From: a virus
Lineage: Duplodnaviria > Caudoviricetes
DNA: 36,033 nucleotides
IMG/VR virus record: IMGVR_UViG_3300049144_000053
Coordinates: 1 to 36,033 of that record
Strand: one strand, 5' to 3'
A program made the translations under genes and the position numbers. Position 1 is the first letter of the stretch. Each line of letters starts with the position of its first letter. This document shows positions 1 to 8,990 of the stretch, piece by piece. A model generated the notes under the pieces. That model was not told the DNA's origin. It ran no database searches and was given only the letters and a program-made list of their open reading frames with translations.

Positions 1-477
1 CCCCCGGACCCGCCGGACCGCGATCCGGACTGGTGGACCCCGCGATCCGGACCGTCCGGACCGCCCCCGCCCGTCCCGGTCGACGTCCACGTCCACGTCA
101 CCATCGACCAGGGCGGATGGCCAGTCCTCCCCGATCCGGACCCGGCGTGGTGGCAGCGGATCCGCTGGGGCTACCACCTCGGCATGCTCGTCGCCGCGTT
201 CCCCCTCAGCGGCCCCTGGGCGTGGGTCCTCGCCGACGTCCGCGACACCGAAAGCCTCGCCGGCGCCTGGGTGATGGCTGTGCTGCCGCTCGCCCTCGTC
301 GCGGTGTGGGACAACGCGGCCCGGATCCGGGCCCGGCACGCCGATCCCGACGAGTGGCTGCCCAAGCTCCGCGCCGCCGCCGCCCGGCTCGCCCTGTACG
401 CCGGGGCCACGGCCACCGTCCTGACCCTCCCGCTCACCACCATCGTCTACTGGATCACCGGAGTGAAGCCCTCATGA
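1..477 (+). CDS. Membrane protein, 5'-truncated (Pro/Asp-rich N-terminus, about 3 hydrophobic segments)
   Basis: Frame 1 is open from base 1 (PPDPPDRDPDWW...) through the listed 184..477 ORF; its TGA overlaps the next ATG (ATGA at 474-477). Confidence 0.75.
   Translation, partial: PPDPPDRDPDWWTPRSGPSGPPPPVPVDVHVHVTIDQGGWPVLPDPDPAWWQRIRWGYHLGMLVAAFPLSGPWAWVLADVRDTESLAGAWVMAVLPLALVAVWDNAARIRARHADPDEWLPKLRAAAARLALYAGATATVLTLPLTTIVYWITGVKPS
4..141 (+). repeat. Cluster of short direct repeats: CCGGAC x6, including CGATCCGGAC x3
   Basis: CCGGAC at 4, 13, 25, 47, 56 and 136; exact 10-mer CGATCCGGAC at 21-30, 43-52 and 132-141. Confidence 0.75.
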
Positions 478-1073
478 GCACCCTCGCCGCCAGCGTCGAC
501 CAGTTCACCGCCATCGGCGTCACCACCGCCGGCTTCGCCCTCGGCCTCGGCCTCCTCGGCGCCGAGCACTGGCGCTGGTACCGCGGCGCCGCCGCCCCGG
601 CCGCCAGCGGCAAGGGCAAGGGCGGGCCCGCACCCGCCGCCAGCAAGAGCCTCGACCCGAAGGTCATGATCCCGCTGTGGTTCGGCATGACCTGCGGAAT
701 CCTCATGGTCGCCTGCCCCGGAGGGCTCCTCGGCACCATCTCGGAGGTTTTCCGCTGGGCCGGGAACGGCGTCGGCGGGATGGTCATGAGCTGGCTCACC
801 GGCCAGCACGGCGCGCCCCTCGCCCAGGGTGGCGCACCACAGGTCGACGGCTTCGGAGCGGTGCTCGTCACCGCCCTGTTCATCGCCCTGTTCGCGCTCC
901 GCAAGGTCCTCCCGAAGGAGCGGCGCGGCAAGTGGTGGAAGGGCGTGTTCATCGCCTCCCTGCTGTGCATCACCACCGGAACCGCGGCCCTCGTCTCGGA
1001 GGCCGTGGTCAGCAGCACCAACGAGGCCGCCCGCATGATCCTCGAAGCGGCCACTAACGGGACGCTGACGTGA
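474..1073 (+). CDS. Multi-pass membrane protein (about 4-5 TM)
   Basis: ATG 474 coupled to the upstream stop and preceded by GGAG; Gly/Ala-rich hydrophobic helices. The listed 33..473 extension is off-frame-like Arg/Pro sequence. Confidence 0.8.
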   Translation: MSTLAASVDQFTAIGVTTAGFALGLGLLGAEHWRWYRGAAAPAASGKGKGGPAPAASKSLDPKVMIPLWFGMTCGILMVACPGGLLGTISEVFRWAGNGVGGMVMSWLTGQHGAPLAQGGAPQVDGFGAVLVTALFIALFALRKVLPKERRGKWWKGVFIASLLCITTGTAALVSEAVVSSTNEAARMILEAATNGTLT

Positions 1074-1885
1074 GCGCGCCGTCGACCATGCAGTGGGTTC
1101 GACAGGCCGCGCAGCGCATCAGCCTCGGGTCCAGCCGCCTCGCCGCACACCTCGGCGCCCGAGCCGTGCACCGGGCCCGGGGTGTCTGGCGGCGGGTGTC
1201 CGGCTGGCTCAGCGCCGGGCAGGGTCTGGGCTGGGCGCTGCGCCTGGCGGTCCTGCTCGGCGCCGCCGCTGTCCTCCGGAAGATCGTCACGGGGGCCGGT
1301 GGCGGGATGTACGAGGCCGTCGCCGATGGGCGCGCGCCGTGGCTGCTGTGGGGCGCGGCCATCGGCTGGGTGATCGGCGCGTACCGGGTCGGCCACCCCG
1401 ACTGGAAGCCGAAGCCGCTCCCATCCGACGAGCCGGCCGACGCCGAGCCGGAGACCGACGAAGAGCAGCCCGCCGCCGAGCAGACCCCGACGGGCCCTCC
1501 TCCCGTCTCCCCCGTCGCGCTGATCGCCGCGGTGCGCGACGTCGGCACCCCGCACGCACAGCTCAAGCCGCTCGCCGAGCACCTCGGTACGACCACCGAC
1601 GTGGTGCGCGCCGCGGCGGCCGGGGTGGGCTGGCCTGTGAAAGACGTCCGGATGGCGGGGCGGTCGGCGTCGGCGGGGCTGCGCTGGGACGAGGCCCCTG
1701 CCCTCCCCCCTCTCGGCCCCGTGTCGGGTGTCGTCGGTGCAGGTCAGGGAGCCGACGACAACGACGACGACAGCGGCGGGGAGGGGCCCGGAGAGGGGGT
1801 CCAGGTACGCCGCACCGACGGCGGCCTGATCATCTACGACCTCGCCGACACCGTCCGCCACCAGAAGGTGCGCGGCGCGAAGTGA
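1070..1885 (+). CDS. Membrane protein: 2 TM, acidic linker, C-terminal winged-helix-like segment
   Basis: GTGA overlap with the upstream gene; TMs around WALRLAVLLGAAAVL and PWLLWGAAIGWVIGAY; C-terminal QLKPLAEHLG...VRAAAAGVGWPVKDVRMAG...GLRWDE. Confidence 0.75.
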   Translation: MSAPSTMQWVRQAAQRISLGSSRLAAHLGARAVHRARGVWRRVSGWLSAGQGLGWALRLAVLLGAAAVLRKIVTGAGGGMYEAVADGRAPWLLWGAAIGWVIGAYRVGHPDWKPKPLPSDEPADAEPETDEEQPAAEQTPTGPPPVSPVALIAAVRDVGTPHAQLKPLAEHLGTTTDVVRAAAAGVGWPVKDVRMAGRSASAGLRWDEAPALPPLGPVSGVVGAGQGADDNDDDSGGEGPGEGVQVRRTDGGLIIYDLADTVRHQKVRGAK

Positions 1886-1947
1886 CCCCCGCGGCAGGTC
1901 CGCTGCTGCCACACTGGAAGCTGCGCGCCGGGTCACGCCCGGCAGTT

Positions 1948-1984
1948 GGCCCCGCCGATCCCCCCGTGTCGGCGGGGCCTTCGC
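1948..1984 (+). terminator. GC stem-loop (ggccccgccga...tcggcggggcc) followed by TTCG
   Basis: 11-bp perfect inverted repeat downstream of the membrane cluster. Confidence 0.55.
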
Positions 1985-2000
1985 ACATGAGGAGGACGCC

Positions 2001-2348
2001 ATGCCCAGCCTGGACGATCTGCGTCAGACGTCGACTGGCCTCCTGGCCGCCAGCGTGCTGGCCCCGTACGCGCCGCTCCTCGCGATGGCGGCTGAGGCAG
2101 AGGCACAGCTGCACCGCTACTGCGCACGCGCGGCCGCGCTCGGCGCCAGCGAGACCCCGGCCGAGGAAGTGCTGGAGCAGGTCACGGCCAAGGCCGGGCA
2201 GCGGCAACGAGCCGGGGCCGACGTCACCCCCACGGACATCGCCGACGAGGCGTGGCGCTGCCTCGTCCTGCACACCGCTGGTCTGCCGTACCTGCCGTTC
2301 ATGGCGTACGCCGAAGGACTGTTGCGTCGCGACACTGCGGACAAGTGA
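2001..2348 (+). CDS. Hypothetical protein
   Basis: Strong RBS GAGGAGG upstream; GC3-biased codons. Confidence 0.65.
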   Translation: MPSLDDLRQTSTGLLAASVLAPYAPLLAMAAEAEAQLHRYCARAAALGASETPAEEVLEQVTAKAGQRQRAGADVTPTDIADEAWRCLVLHTAGLPYLPFMAYAEGLLRRDTADK

Positions 2349-2369
2349 CGCCGTGAACCTCAACCAAGC

Positions 2370-2399
2370 TTGACGTTCGCGCCGATCATGCCTCACCAT
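2370..2399 (+). promoter_or_regulatory. Putative sigma70/HrdB-type promoter ahead of the lipoprotein and terminase genes
   Basis: TTGACG (2370-2375), 18-nt spacer, CACCAT (2394-2399). Confidence 0.4.
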
Positions 2400-2489
2400 G
2401 GGCCGCAGATCTGGCATGCCCGGAGACAGAAGCCCCGGGCACGGCATCATGACCCCCTGAACCACTCTCATCACGTCCCAGGGGGGACC

Positions 2490-2885
2490 ATGAACAGCCG
2501 CACCGCCATCGCCGCGCTCCTCACCGCCGGCACCCTCGCCCTCACCGCCTGCTCGTCCAACTCCGACGACAGCGACGCGAAGCCCACCCCCACCGCCACC
2601 CCGAGCGCCAACTACAGCAGCGCCGAGGCCGCCGCCGGCATCCCCCCGGAGCCCACCGGCGCCAAGCGGGCCGCGCTCCTCGCCGCGCTGAAGGCCGTCG
2701 ACCCGTCCCTCGTCGCCGACGAGGACGACGCGATCGACAACGCCCGCAACCAGTGCTCCACGATCAGCGGCGGCGGCAACGCCAACCTCACCGCGAAGGG
2801 CCGCTTCTCCACGCCCGAGCACGAGGTGACCGACGCCGAGGCGACCGCGATCAACGCCGCGCTCAAGGCGACGCTCTGCCCCTGA
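2490..2885 (+). CDS. Lipoprotein (DUF732-like)
   Basis: RBS AGGGGGG; signal peptide MNSRTAIAALLTAGTLALTA-C with lipobox; Ser/Pro/Thr linker; small domain with two Cys (NQCS and LCP). Confidence 0.8.
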   Translation: MNSRTAIAALLTAGTLALTACSSNSDDSDAKPTPTATPSANYSSAEAAAGIPPEPTGAKRAALLAALKAVDPSLVADEDDAIDNARNQCSTISGGGNANLTAKGRFSTPEHEVTDAEATAINAALKATLCP

Positions 2886-2957
2886 CCCCCGCCCGCTGAC
2901 TGGCCCGGCCGCACCGTCCCGCGGTCGGGCCTTCGCGCACCCGGAGGAGGTGAAGCC

Positions 2958-3500
2958 GTGGCCACCTCCAAGGGCAAGCCGACCATCCCCTTCTCCGACG
3001 AGGAGATCGAAGAACTCAAGCGGCTCCACGCCGAAGGCCTCGGCCGCAACGCCATCGCCCGCGAGCTGGGCCGCAGCCTCCGCGGCGTCAGCATCCACGC
3101 CGACCGCCTCGGCCTCACCTTCGACCGCACCGCAACCGCCGTGGCGACGCAGGCCGCGATGGTCGACGCCAAGGCACGCCGGGCCGCGATCACCCAGCGC
3201 CTGTACGCCCGCACCGAGCGCCTCCTCGACCAGCTCGAATCCGCCGACCACGGCGCCTTCAAGTTCACCACCAGCACCGTCAACGGCATCGACACCGTGA
3301 CCCTCGACCACGTACCGGGCCAGGAGGAAAAGGCACTCGCCGGAGCGATCACCCAGTACATGAACCAGGCCGTCAAGCTCGAACAACTCGACGGCGATCC
3401 GGGCCTGGACGCCGCCCGCTCAATGCTGGGCACCCTCGCCGAGGGCCTTAACAGGATGGCCAGCCTCGACGCAGGAGAGGACGACGGCGGGGAGGGCTGA
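2958..3500 (+). CDS. terS: Terminase small subunit (N-terminal HTH)
   Basis: RBS GGAGGAGG; HTH GLGRNAIARELGRS; directly upstream of and coupled to TerL. Confidence 0.7.
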   Translation: MATSKGKPTIPFSDEEIEELKRLHAEGLGRNAIARELGRSLRGVSIHADRLGLTFDRTATAVATQAAMVDAKARRAAITQRLYARTERLLDQLESADHGAFKFTTSTVNGIDTVTLDHVPGQEEKALAGAITQYMNQAVKLEQLDGDPGLDAARSMLGTLAEGLNRMASLDAGEDDGGEG

Positions 3501-4771
3501 TGCTCGACTCGCTGCCGCTCTCCCGCAAGCAGATCCGCTCGATCGCCGCCGCGCAGGCGCGCATCAACATCTGGCACGGCGCGATCCGCTCCGGCAAGAC
3601 GATTGCCTCGCTGGTCGCGTTCCTCATCGCCGTGGCCGCCGCGCCAGCCTCCGGCCTCATCGTGATCGTGGGCAGGTCGCTGCAGACCATCGAACGCAAC
3701 GTCCTCGACCCGCTCCAGGACGAGGCCCTGTTCGGGCCCGTAGCGAAGCTGGTGGTGCACACCCGCGGCGCGACGACCGCGACGATCCTCGGCCGCACCG
3801 TCCACCTGATCGGCGCCGCGGACTCCCGAGCCGAAGGCCGGCTCCGCGGCCTCACCGCGTGCCTCGCCTACGTCGACGAGGCCACGCTGATGCCGCGCGG
3901 CTTCTGGAACCAGCTCCTCGGCCGGCTCAGCGTCCCGGGCGCGCGGCTGCTTGCCACGACCAACCCGGACAACCCCGGCCACTGGCTGAAGAAGGAGTTC
4001 CTCGACCGCGCCAGCGAGCTGGACCTGCGCGACTGGCACTTCACCCTCGACGACAACCCGGCCCTCGACCCGGCCTACGTCGCCTCCCTGAAAGCGGAGT
4101 ACGTCGGCCTGTGGTACCGCAGGTTCATCGCCGGGCACTGGGTGCAGAGCGAGGGCGCGATCTACGAGATGTTCGACACCGCGCGGCATGTCGTCCGGGC
4201 GCTGCCGCAGATCGAACGCTGGCTGTGCGACTCGATCGACTACGGCACCGTCAACCCGTACGCCGACCTCCTCATCGGCGTCGGCGCGGACCGGCGCCTG
4301 TACGTCGTCTCGGAGTACCGGCACGACTCCCGGACCGCTCGCCGGCAGATGACCGACTCGGAATACTCCAGCGCGCGCCGCCAGTGGCTGGCCCGGGTGC
4401 CGCAGCCGCAGACCAACGTGGTCGGGGTGGCCCCGGAGTGGACGATCGTCGACCCGTCGGCCAGCTCGTACATCGAGCAGCTGCACCGCGACGGGGTCAG
4501 CGGGGTCACCGCGGCGGACAACTCCGTCCTCGACGGCATCCGTACCGTCTCGTCGCTGTTCTCGACCGGCGACCTGCTGGTGCACGAGTCCGCGCGAGGG
4601 CTGATCGACGAACTCCCGGGCTACTCCTGGGACGACGGCGCGGCCGAGCGCGGCGAGGACCGGCCGATCAAGGAGAACGACCACTCCTGCGATGCCCTGC
4701 GGTACGGGGTGCGCACCACGGAGGCCCTGTGGCGGCCGTACCTGCCGACCCGTCTGGAGGTGGCCGCCTGA
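3500..4771 (+). CDS. terL: Terminase large subunit (PBSX-like)
   Basis: Walker A GAIRSGKT, Walker B AYVDE, motif III TTNP, nuclease acidic residues IDYG, VDPSA and DHSCDALRY. Confidence 0.95.
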   Translation: MLDSLPLSRKQIRSIAAAQARINIWHGAIRSGKTIASLVAFLIAVAAAPASGLIVIVGRSLQTIERNVLDPLQDEALFGPVAKLVVHTRGATTATILGRTVHLIGAADSRAEGRLRGLTACLAYVDEATLMPRGFWNQLLGRLSVPGARLLATTNPDNPGHWLKKEFLDRASELDLRDWHFTLDDNPALDPAYVASLKAEYVGLWYRRFIAGHWVQSEGAIYEMFDTARHVVRALPQIERWLCDSIDYGTVNPYADLLIGVGADRRLYVVSEYRHDSRTARRQMTDSEYSSARRQWLARVPQPQTNVVGVAPEWTIVDPSASSYIEQLHRDGVSGVTAADNSVLDGIRTVSSLFSTGDLLVHESARGLIDELPGYSWDDGAAERGEDRPIKENDHSCDALRYGVRTTEALWRPYLPTRLEVAA

Positions 4772-4941
4772 TGGCCGAACAGCCCGAGCCGATCACCCCG
4801 GACGCCGCGATCGAGAACGCCGCCCGACTGCTGCGCGCGGCCGAGATGGAGACGAACCTCGCCCTCATGGAGCGGCTCGACGAACTCGCCACCTCCTGGC
4901 TGGGGCTGGCGCACCTGCTGATGGAACGGGAGGGCGTCTGA
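4771..4941 (+). CDS. Small hypothetical protein (56 aa) between terL and portal
   Basis: TGATG overlaps at both ends and a GGAGG RBS; MAEQPEPITPDAAIENAARLL... Confidence 0.7.
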   Translation: MAEQPEPITPDAAIENAARLLRAAEMETNLALMERLDELATSWLGLAHLLMEREGV

Positions 4942-6455
4942 TGCCGCTGCCCACGGGCGACACCCCCTGGCCTCCCCCTCACCTGGGCCCCGCCCTCGAC
5001 GCCATGCACACCTGGGACGCCTGGTGGTCCGGCGACCCGGACCGGCTGGAGGCCCTCTACGGCGGAGGCAGCGGCACCGGCCCTGACCCGAAGCGCTATC
5101 AGTACGCCGGCGGAGTCGTGGGCCGCATCGCCCGCTGGTGGTGGGGCACCCCGACCGGGCCCGGCGAGCGGCGCACCAAGATGCACGTGCCGATCGCCGG
5201 CGACCTCTGCGGCGGCAGCGCGGATCTGCTGTTCTCCGAGCCGCCGAAGCTGACCGTCGACGACGACACCACCCAGCGGCGGCTCGACGAGCTGGTCGAC
5301 GACGGCATGCTCGCCACCTTGCAGACGGCCGCCGAGATCGGCGCCGCCCTGGGCGGGGTGTACCTGCGGCCCGTCTACGACCAGGACGTCGCGGACCGGC
5401 CGTGGATTGTCGCCGAGCACGCCGACCGCGCCGTCCCCGAGTTCACCTGGGGACGGCTGTCCGCGGTGACGTTCTACAAGACCGTCCGCGAGCAGGACGG
5501 GCAGGTGTGGCGGTGGCTCCAGCGCCACGAGCCGGGGGCGATCCTGCACGGCCTGTACCAGGGCACCCGCGACAAGCTCGGCCGGCCGGTGCCGCTCGAA
5601 GACAGCGACGAGACAGCTGCGTTCGCCTCCCTGGTCAGCGAGGACGGGGTGATCGAGACCGGCTACGACAAGCTCGACGTCGTCTACATTCCCAACCAGG
5701 CGTCCCGCCGGTGGCGGTGCCGGCCCCGGCTGCAGGACCTCGGCCGCTCCGACCTGGACGGTGTCGAGCCGCTCATGGACGCCCTCGACGAGACGTACTC
5801 CAGCTGGATGCGGGACATCCGGCTCGGCAAGGGCCGCATCATTGTCCCGAACGCCTACCTGCAGACGAACGGGCCCGGCCGCGGTGCCTCGTGGAACCCG
5901 GATCAAGAGGCTTTCGCCGGGCTGGAGATGCTGGCCCGCGGCGACTCCGGTACTCAGCTCACGGTCGCCCAGTTCGCGATCCGTGTGAACGAGCACCAGG
6001 CGACGGCTGAGGACCTGGTTACCCAGATCCTGCGCAGCGCCGGCTACTCCGGGCAGACCTTCGGGATCGGCGGGGACGTCGCGGTCACCGCGACCGAGGT
6101 GACCGCCCGGGAGCGGCGCAGCATGACCACCCGGGGCCGGAAGATCCTGCGGTGGCGGCCGGCGCTGGCGCATCTCACCGAGGCGCTGCTGGCGGTGGAC
6201 CAGTACGTGTACGGCGGGGCGGTGCAGCCGCAGCGGCCGTCGGTCGAGTTCGAGGACTCGGTGCAGGAGGATCCGCTGTCCCTCGCCAACACGGCGGACG
6301 TGCTGCGCCGGGCGCAGGCCGCCAGCACGGACACGCTGGTGCGGATGGCGCACCCGGAGTGGGACGACAAGCAGGTGCGGGCCGAGGTGGTGCGGATCCA
6401 GCAGGAGAACGGCACCGCGGTACCGGACCCGATGCAGACCGGCGCGCTTCCGTAG
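4941..6455 (+). CDS. Portal protein (SPP1/A118-like)
   Basis: Position after TerL; about 500 aa; SADLLFSEPP, LGRSDL, ALDETYSSW and TATEV motifs; true start ATG 4941. Confidence 0.9.
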   Translation: MPLPTGDTPWPPPHLGPALDAMHTWDAWWSGDPDRLEALYGGGSGTGPDPKRYQYAGGVVGRIARWWWGTPTGPGERRTKMHVPIAGDLCGGSADLLFSEPPKLTVDDDTTQRRLDELVDDGMLATLQTAAEIGAALGGVYLRPVYDQDVADRPWIVAEHADRAVPEFTWGRLSAVTFYKTVREQDGQVWRWLQRHEPGAILHGLYQGTRDKLGRPVPLEDSDETAAFASLVSEDGVIETGYDKLDVVYIPNQASRRWRCRPRLQDLGRSDLDGVEPLMDALDETYSSWMRDIRLGKGRIIVPNAYLQTNGPGRGASWNPDQEAFAGLEMLARGDSGTQLTVAQFAIRVNEHQATAEDLVTQILRSAGYSGQTFGIGGDVAVTATEVTARERRSMTTRGRKILRWRPALAHLTEALLAVDQYVYGGAVQPQRPSVEFEDSVQEDPLSLANTADVLRRAQAASTDTLVRMAHPEWDDKQVRAEVVRIQQENGTAVPDPMQTGALP

Positions 6456-6470
6456 GGGAGGTGAACGGCC

Positions 6471-8978
6471 ATGCCCGTATCCCCGGCCATGGCCGAAGAC
6501 CTCGCCGCCAACGTCTCGACGCTGTACGAGCAGGCCGAGAACGCCCTGATCGCGCGGATCCGGCAGGCCACGGCGGAGGGCATCGACGCCCCAACCTGGG
6601 CGGAGCAGAAGCTAGCGTCGCTCGGCAACCTGCAGTCGGGCATCCGGTCCGTCGTGGACGCCCTGGCCGAGGACTCCTCCGGTGCAGTGCACCAGGCTGT
6701 CGCCGACGCCTACCTGCGCGGCCAGCAGGCCGCGGTGGCGGAGCTCGGCGCGCTGCCGGCCGGTGTCACGCAGGCGGTCGCCGACGCCATCCCCAACGCT
6801 GCCAGCATCGACCGGCTGGCGGCCGCTCTCGTGCACGACACCCGGGCCGCGCACCTGCGGATCCTGCGGCAGGCGGACGACACCTACCGCGACGTCATCG
6901 CTCGTGCCTCGGCCGCTCCGCTCGCGGGCGCGCAGACCCGCAGGCAGGCAGCGCAGGCGGCGCTGGACGACTTCGCCAACCGCGGCGTCACTGGCTTCGT
7001 CGACCGGGCCGGCCGTGCCTGGAACCTGCCCTCGTACATCGAGATGGCGACCCGCTCCACCGTGGGCAGGGCGGCGGTTGAGGCGCACACGGACCGGCTG
7101 GGCGAAGCAGGCGTCGACCTCGTCATCGTGTCTCGGGCGCCGGAGGAGTGCCCGCTGTGCCGCCGCTGGGAGAGCAAGATCCTCGTCCGGTCCGGCCAGC
7201 CCGGGGCGCGCACCATCGAGGTCGAGCACGCCATCGAGGACGGCGAGATGGTGGAGGTGAAGGTCGCGGGCTCGCTCGATGAGGCGAGGGCCGCGGGGCT
7301 GCTCCACCCGAACTGCCGCCACACCGTCAGCGCCTACCTGCCCGGGCTGTCCAAGGAGCCGGAGCCGGTACCGGCGCGCGGCACCTACGAGCAGTCGCAG
7401 CAGCAGCGCTACCTGGAGCGGCAGGTCCGCAAGTGGAAGCGTCGCGCCGAGGCCGCGATCGACGAGCCTGCGCGCAAGGCCGCGAACGGGCGGGTGCGCG
7501 CGTACCAGGCGAAGATCCGCGAGCTGGTCGATGAGTCGGGCATGCCGCGCAAGCCGCACCGCGAGCAGCTGGCCAAGCCGAAGCCGCCGGAGCAGGTACA
7601 GAAGCTCGGGCAGGAGCCGGTGACGCCGCCGCAGCCAGAGGCCGCCACGCCGGCTGCTCCGCCGAAGCCACAGGCTCGCGTGTCCCAGGCGACTCGGGAC
7701 CGCATCGAAGAGGTACGTCAGGCGCTGCCGAGCAGCCGCGAGGAGTGGGCCGACGCGCGGCGCGTGCAGGTGTCGCCTGAGCGGCTCGGCTACGACATCC
7801 GCATCGGCGAGTTCGAGGAGGAGCTGAAGGGCTACCGGGCGGAGCGCGCCAAGATCGTCAGCGACAAGGAAGCCGAGTTCAAGCGGAAGCGGACGCCGAA
7901 GCACAAGCGCCCGCATCTGCTCGAAGAGGCGACCTGGCGGATCGACAGCGACATCCGGTTCACCGAGAACACCATCGAGAGCATGACGGAGGAGCGGGAC
8001 GCGTTCCTCCGCGGCGACCCCGGCAACTACAGCTCCTGGCTCAGCCGGACGGAGCCCGCCAAGTACGAGTACACGTACCAGAAGGACCCGTTCGGCAACC
8101 TGCTGCCGCCGGAGGAGTACCAGCAGCACCTCGATCGCGTCCTCGACGTCGGTGAGTCGCTTCGAGACGACCTGCAGGACGCGTACATGCAGGACTCGGT
8201 CCTCACCAAGCTGCGCGAGGACGTCACCCGGCTGGCCAAGGCCGAGGAGCCGGACGCTGACGCGCTGCGTGCCGCGCAGGTCGCGGTCGCGGAGCGGGAA
8301 GCGGAGACGATCCTCACGCTGCTGGCCGACGTGCGCAAGCTGGGCGGGAAGGTGAAGACCACGCTGGCCGACGCGGAGCTGATCGCGTCGCGTGGCCCGA
8401 CCGCGACGGCGGTACGGGAGGACTGGCCGGAGCTCCTGGAGGAGGCGCTGAAGCACTTCCCCAGGGAGTGGCTGGCCGCGATGCGGGACACGCCGATGAC
8501 GCTGCTCGGCTCGCAACGCGCGTACTACGGGCCCGGCGCGGGCCCGGCCGGCACAGACCTCTTCGCCCTCGATACGTCCGCGCCGGGCTGGTACAACGGC
8601 GCCTTCTCTTCGTACGCAGCGGAGGTCGCCACGCACGAGCTGGGGCACCGCATGGAGCAGTACGTCCCAGGTCTGCGCGAGCTGGAGTACACCCTGGTCC
8701 GCCGGCGCGCCGTGCAGAACGGCATGCTCGAGCTGCCCAGGGAGATGTCGGCGATCTACCCCGGCTCGGGCTACCGGCAAGGCGAGCTGACGTACGAGGA
8801 CGCCTGGGCGGACGCCTACACCGGGAAGACCTACGAGAGAAGCGACCCCGACGACCCCGCGTCGGCCCCTTCGGAGGCGTTCCAGGTCGGTCTGCAGGAC
8901 CTGTTCGGGCGGTCCGCCCGCAACTTCGGCGGTCTGCAGCTCCAGCAGTTCGTGCTTGGCTGCCTGGCCACGCTGTGA
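6471..8978 (+). CDS. Minor capsid (MuF/Phage_min_cap2-like) protein with a C-terminal HExxH metallopeptidase-like extension
   Basis: Follows portal; FVDRAGRAW..SYIEMATR, CPLCRRWE, GLLHPNCRH (about 7305) and QRYLERQVRKWKR motifs; then about 450 extra aa containing HELGH (8634-8648). Confidence 0.85.
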   Translation: MPVSPAMAEDLAANVSTLYEQAENALIARIRQATAEGIDAPTWAEQKLASLGNLQSGIRSVVDALAEDSSGAVHQAVADAYLRGQQAAVAELGALPAGVTQAVADAIPNAASIDRLAAALVHDTRAAHLRILRQADDTYRDVIARASAAPLAGAQTRRQAAQAALDDFANRGVTGFVDRAGRAWNLPSYIEMATRSTVGRAAVEAHTDRLGEAGVDLVIVSRAPEECPLCRRWESKILVRSGQPGARTIEVEHAIEDGEMVEVKVAGSLDEARAAGLLHPNCRHTVSAYLPGLSKEPEPVPARGTYEQSQQQRYLERQVRKWKRRAEAAIDEPARKAANGRVRAYQAKIRELVDESGMPRKPHREQLAKPKPPEQVQKLGQEPVTPPQPEAATPAAPPKPQARVSQATRDRIEEVRQALPSSREEWADARRVQVSPERLGYDIRIGEFEEELKGYRAERAKIVSDKEAEFKRKRTPKHKRPHLLEEATWRIDSDIRFTENTIESMTEERDAFLRGDPGNYSSWLSRTEPAKYEYTYQKDPFGNLLPPEEYQQHLDRVLDVGESLRDDLQDAYMQDSVLTKLREDVTRLAKAEEPDADALRAAQVAVAEREAETILTLLADVRKLGGKVKTTLADAELIASRGPTATAVREDWPELLEEALKHFPREWLAAMRDTPMTLLGSQRAYYGPGAGPAGTDLFALDTSAPGWYNGAFSSYAAEVATHELGHRMEQYVPGLRELEYTLVRRRAVQNGMLELPREMSAIYPGSGYRQGELTYEDAWADAYTGKTYERSDPDDPASAPSEAFQVGLQDLFGRSARNFGGLQLQQFVLGCLATL

Positions 8979-8990
8979 CAAGCTGACAGC

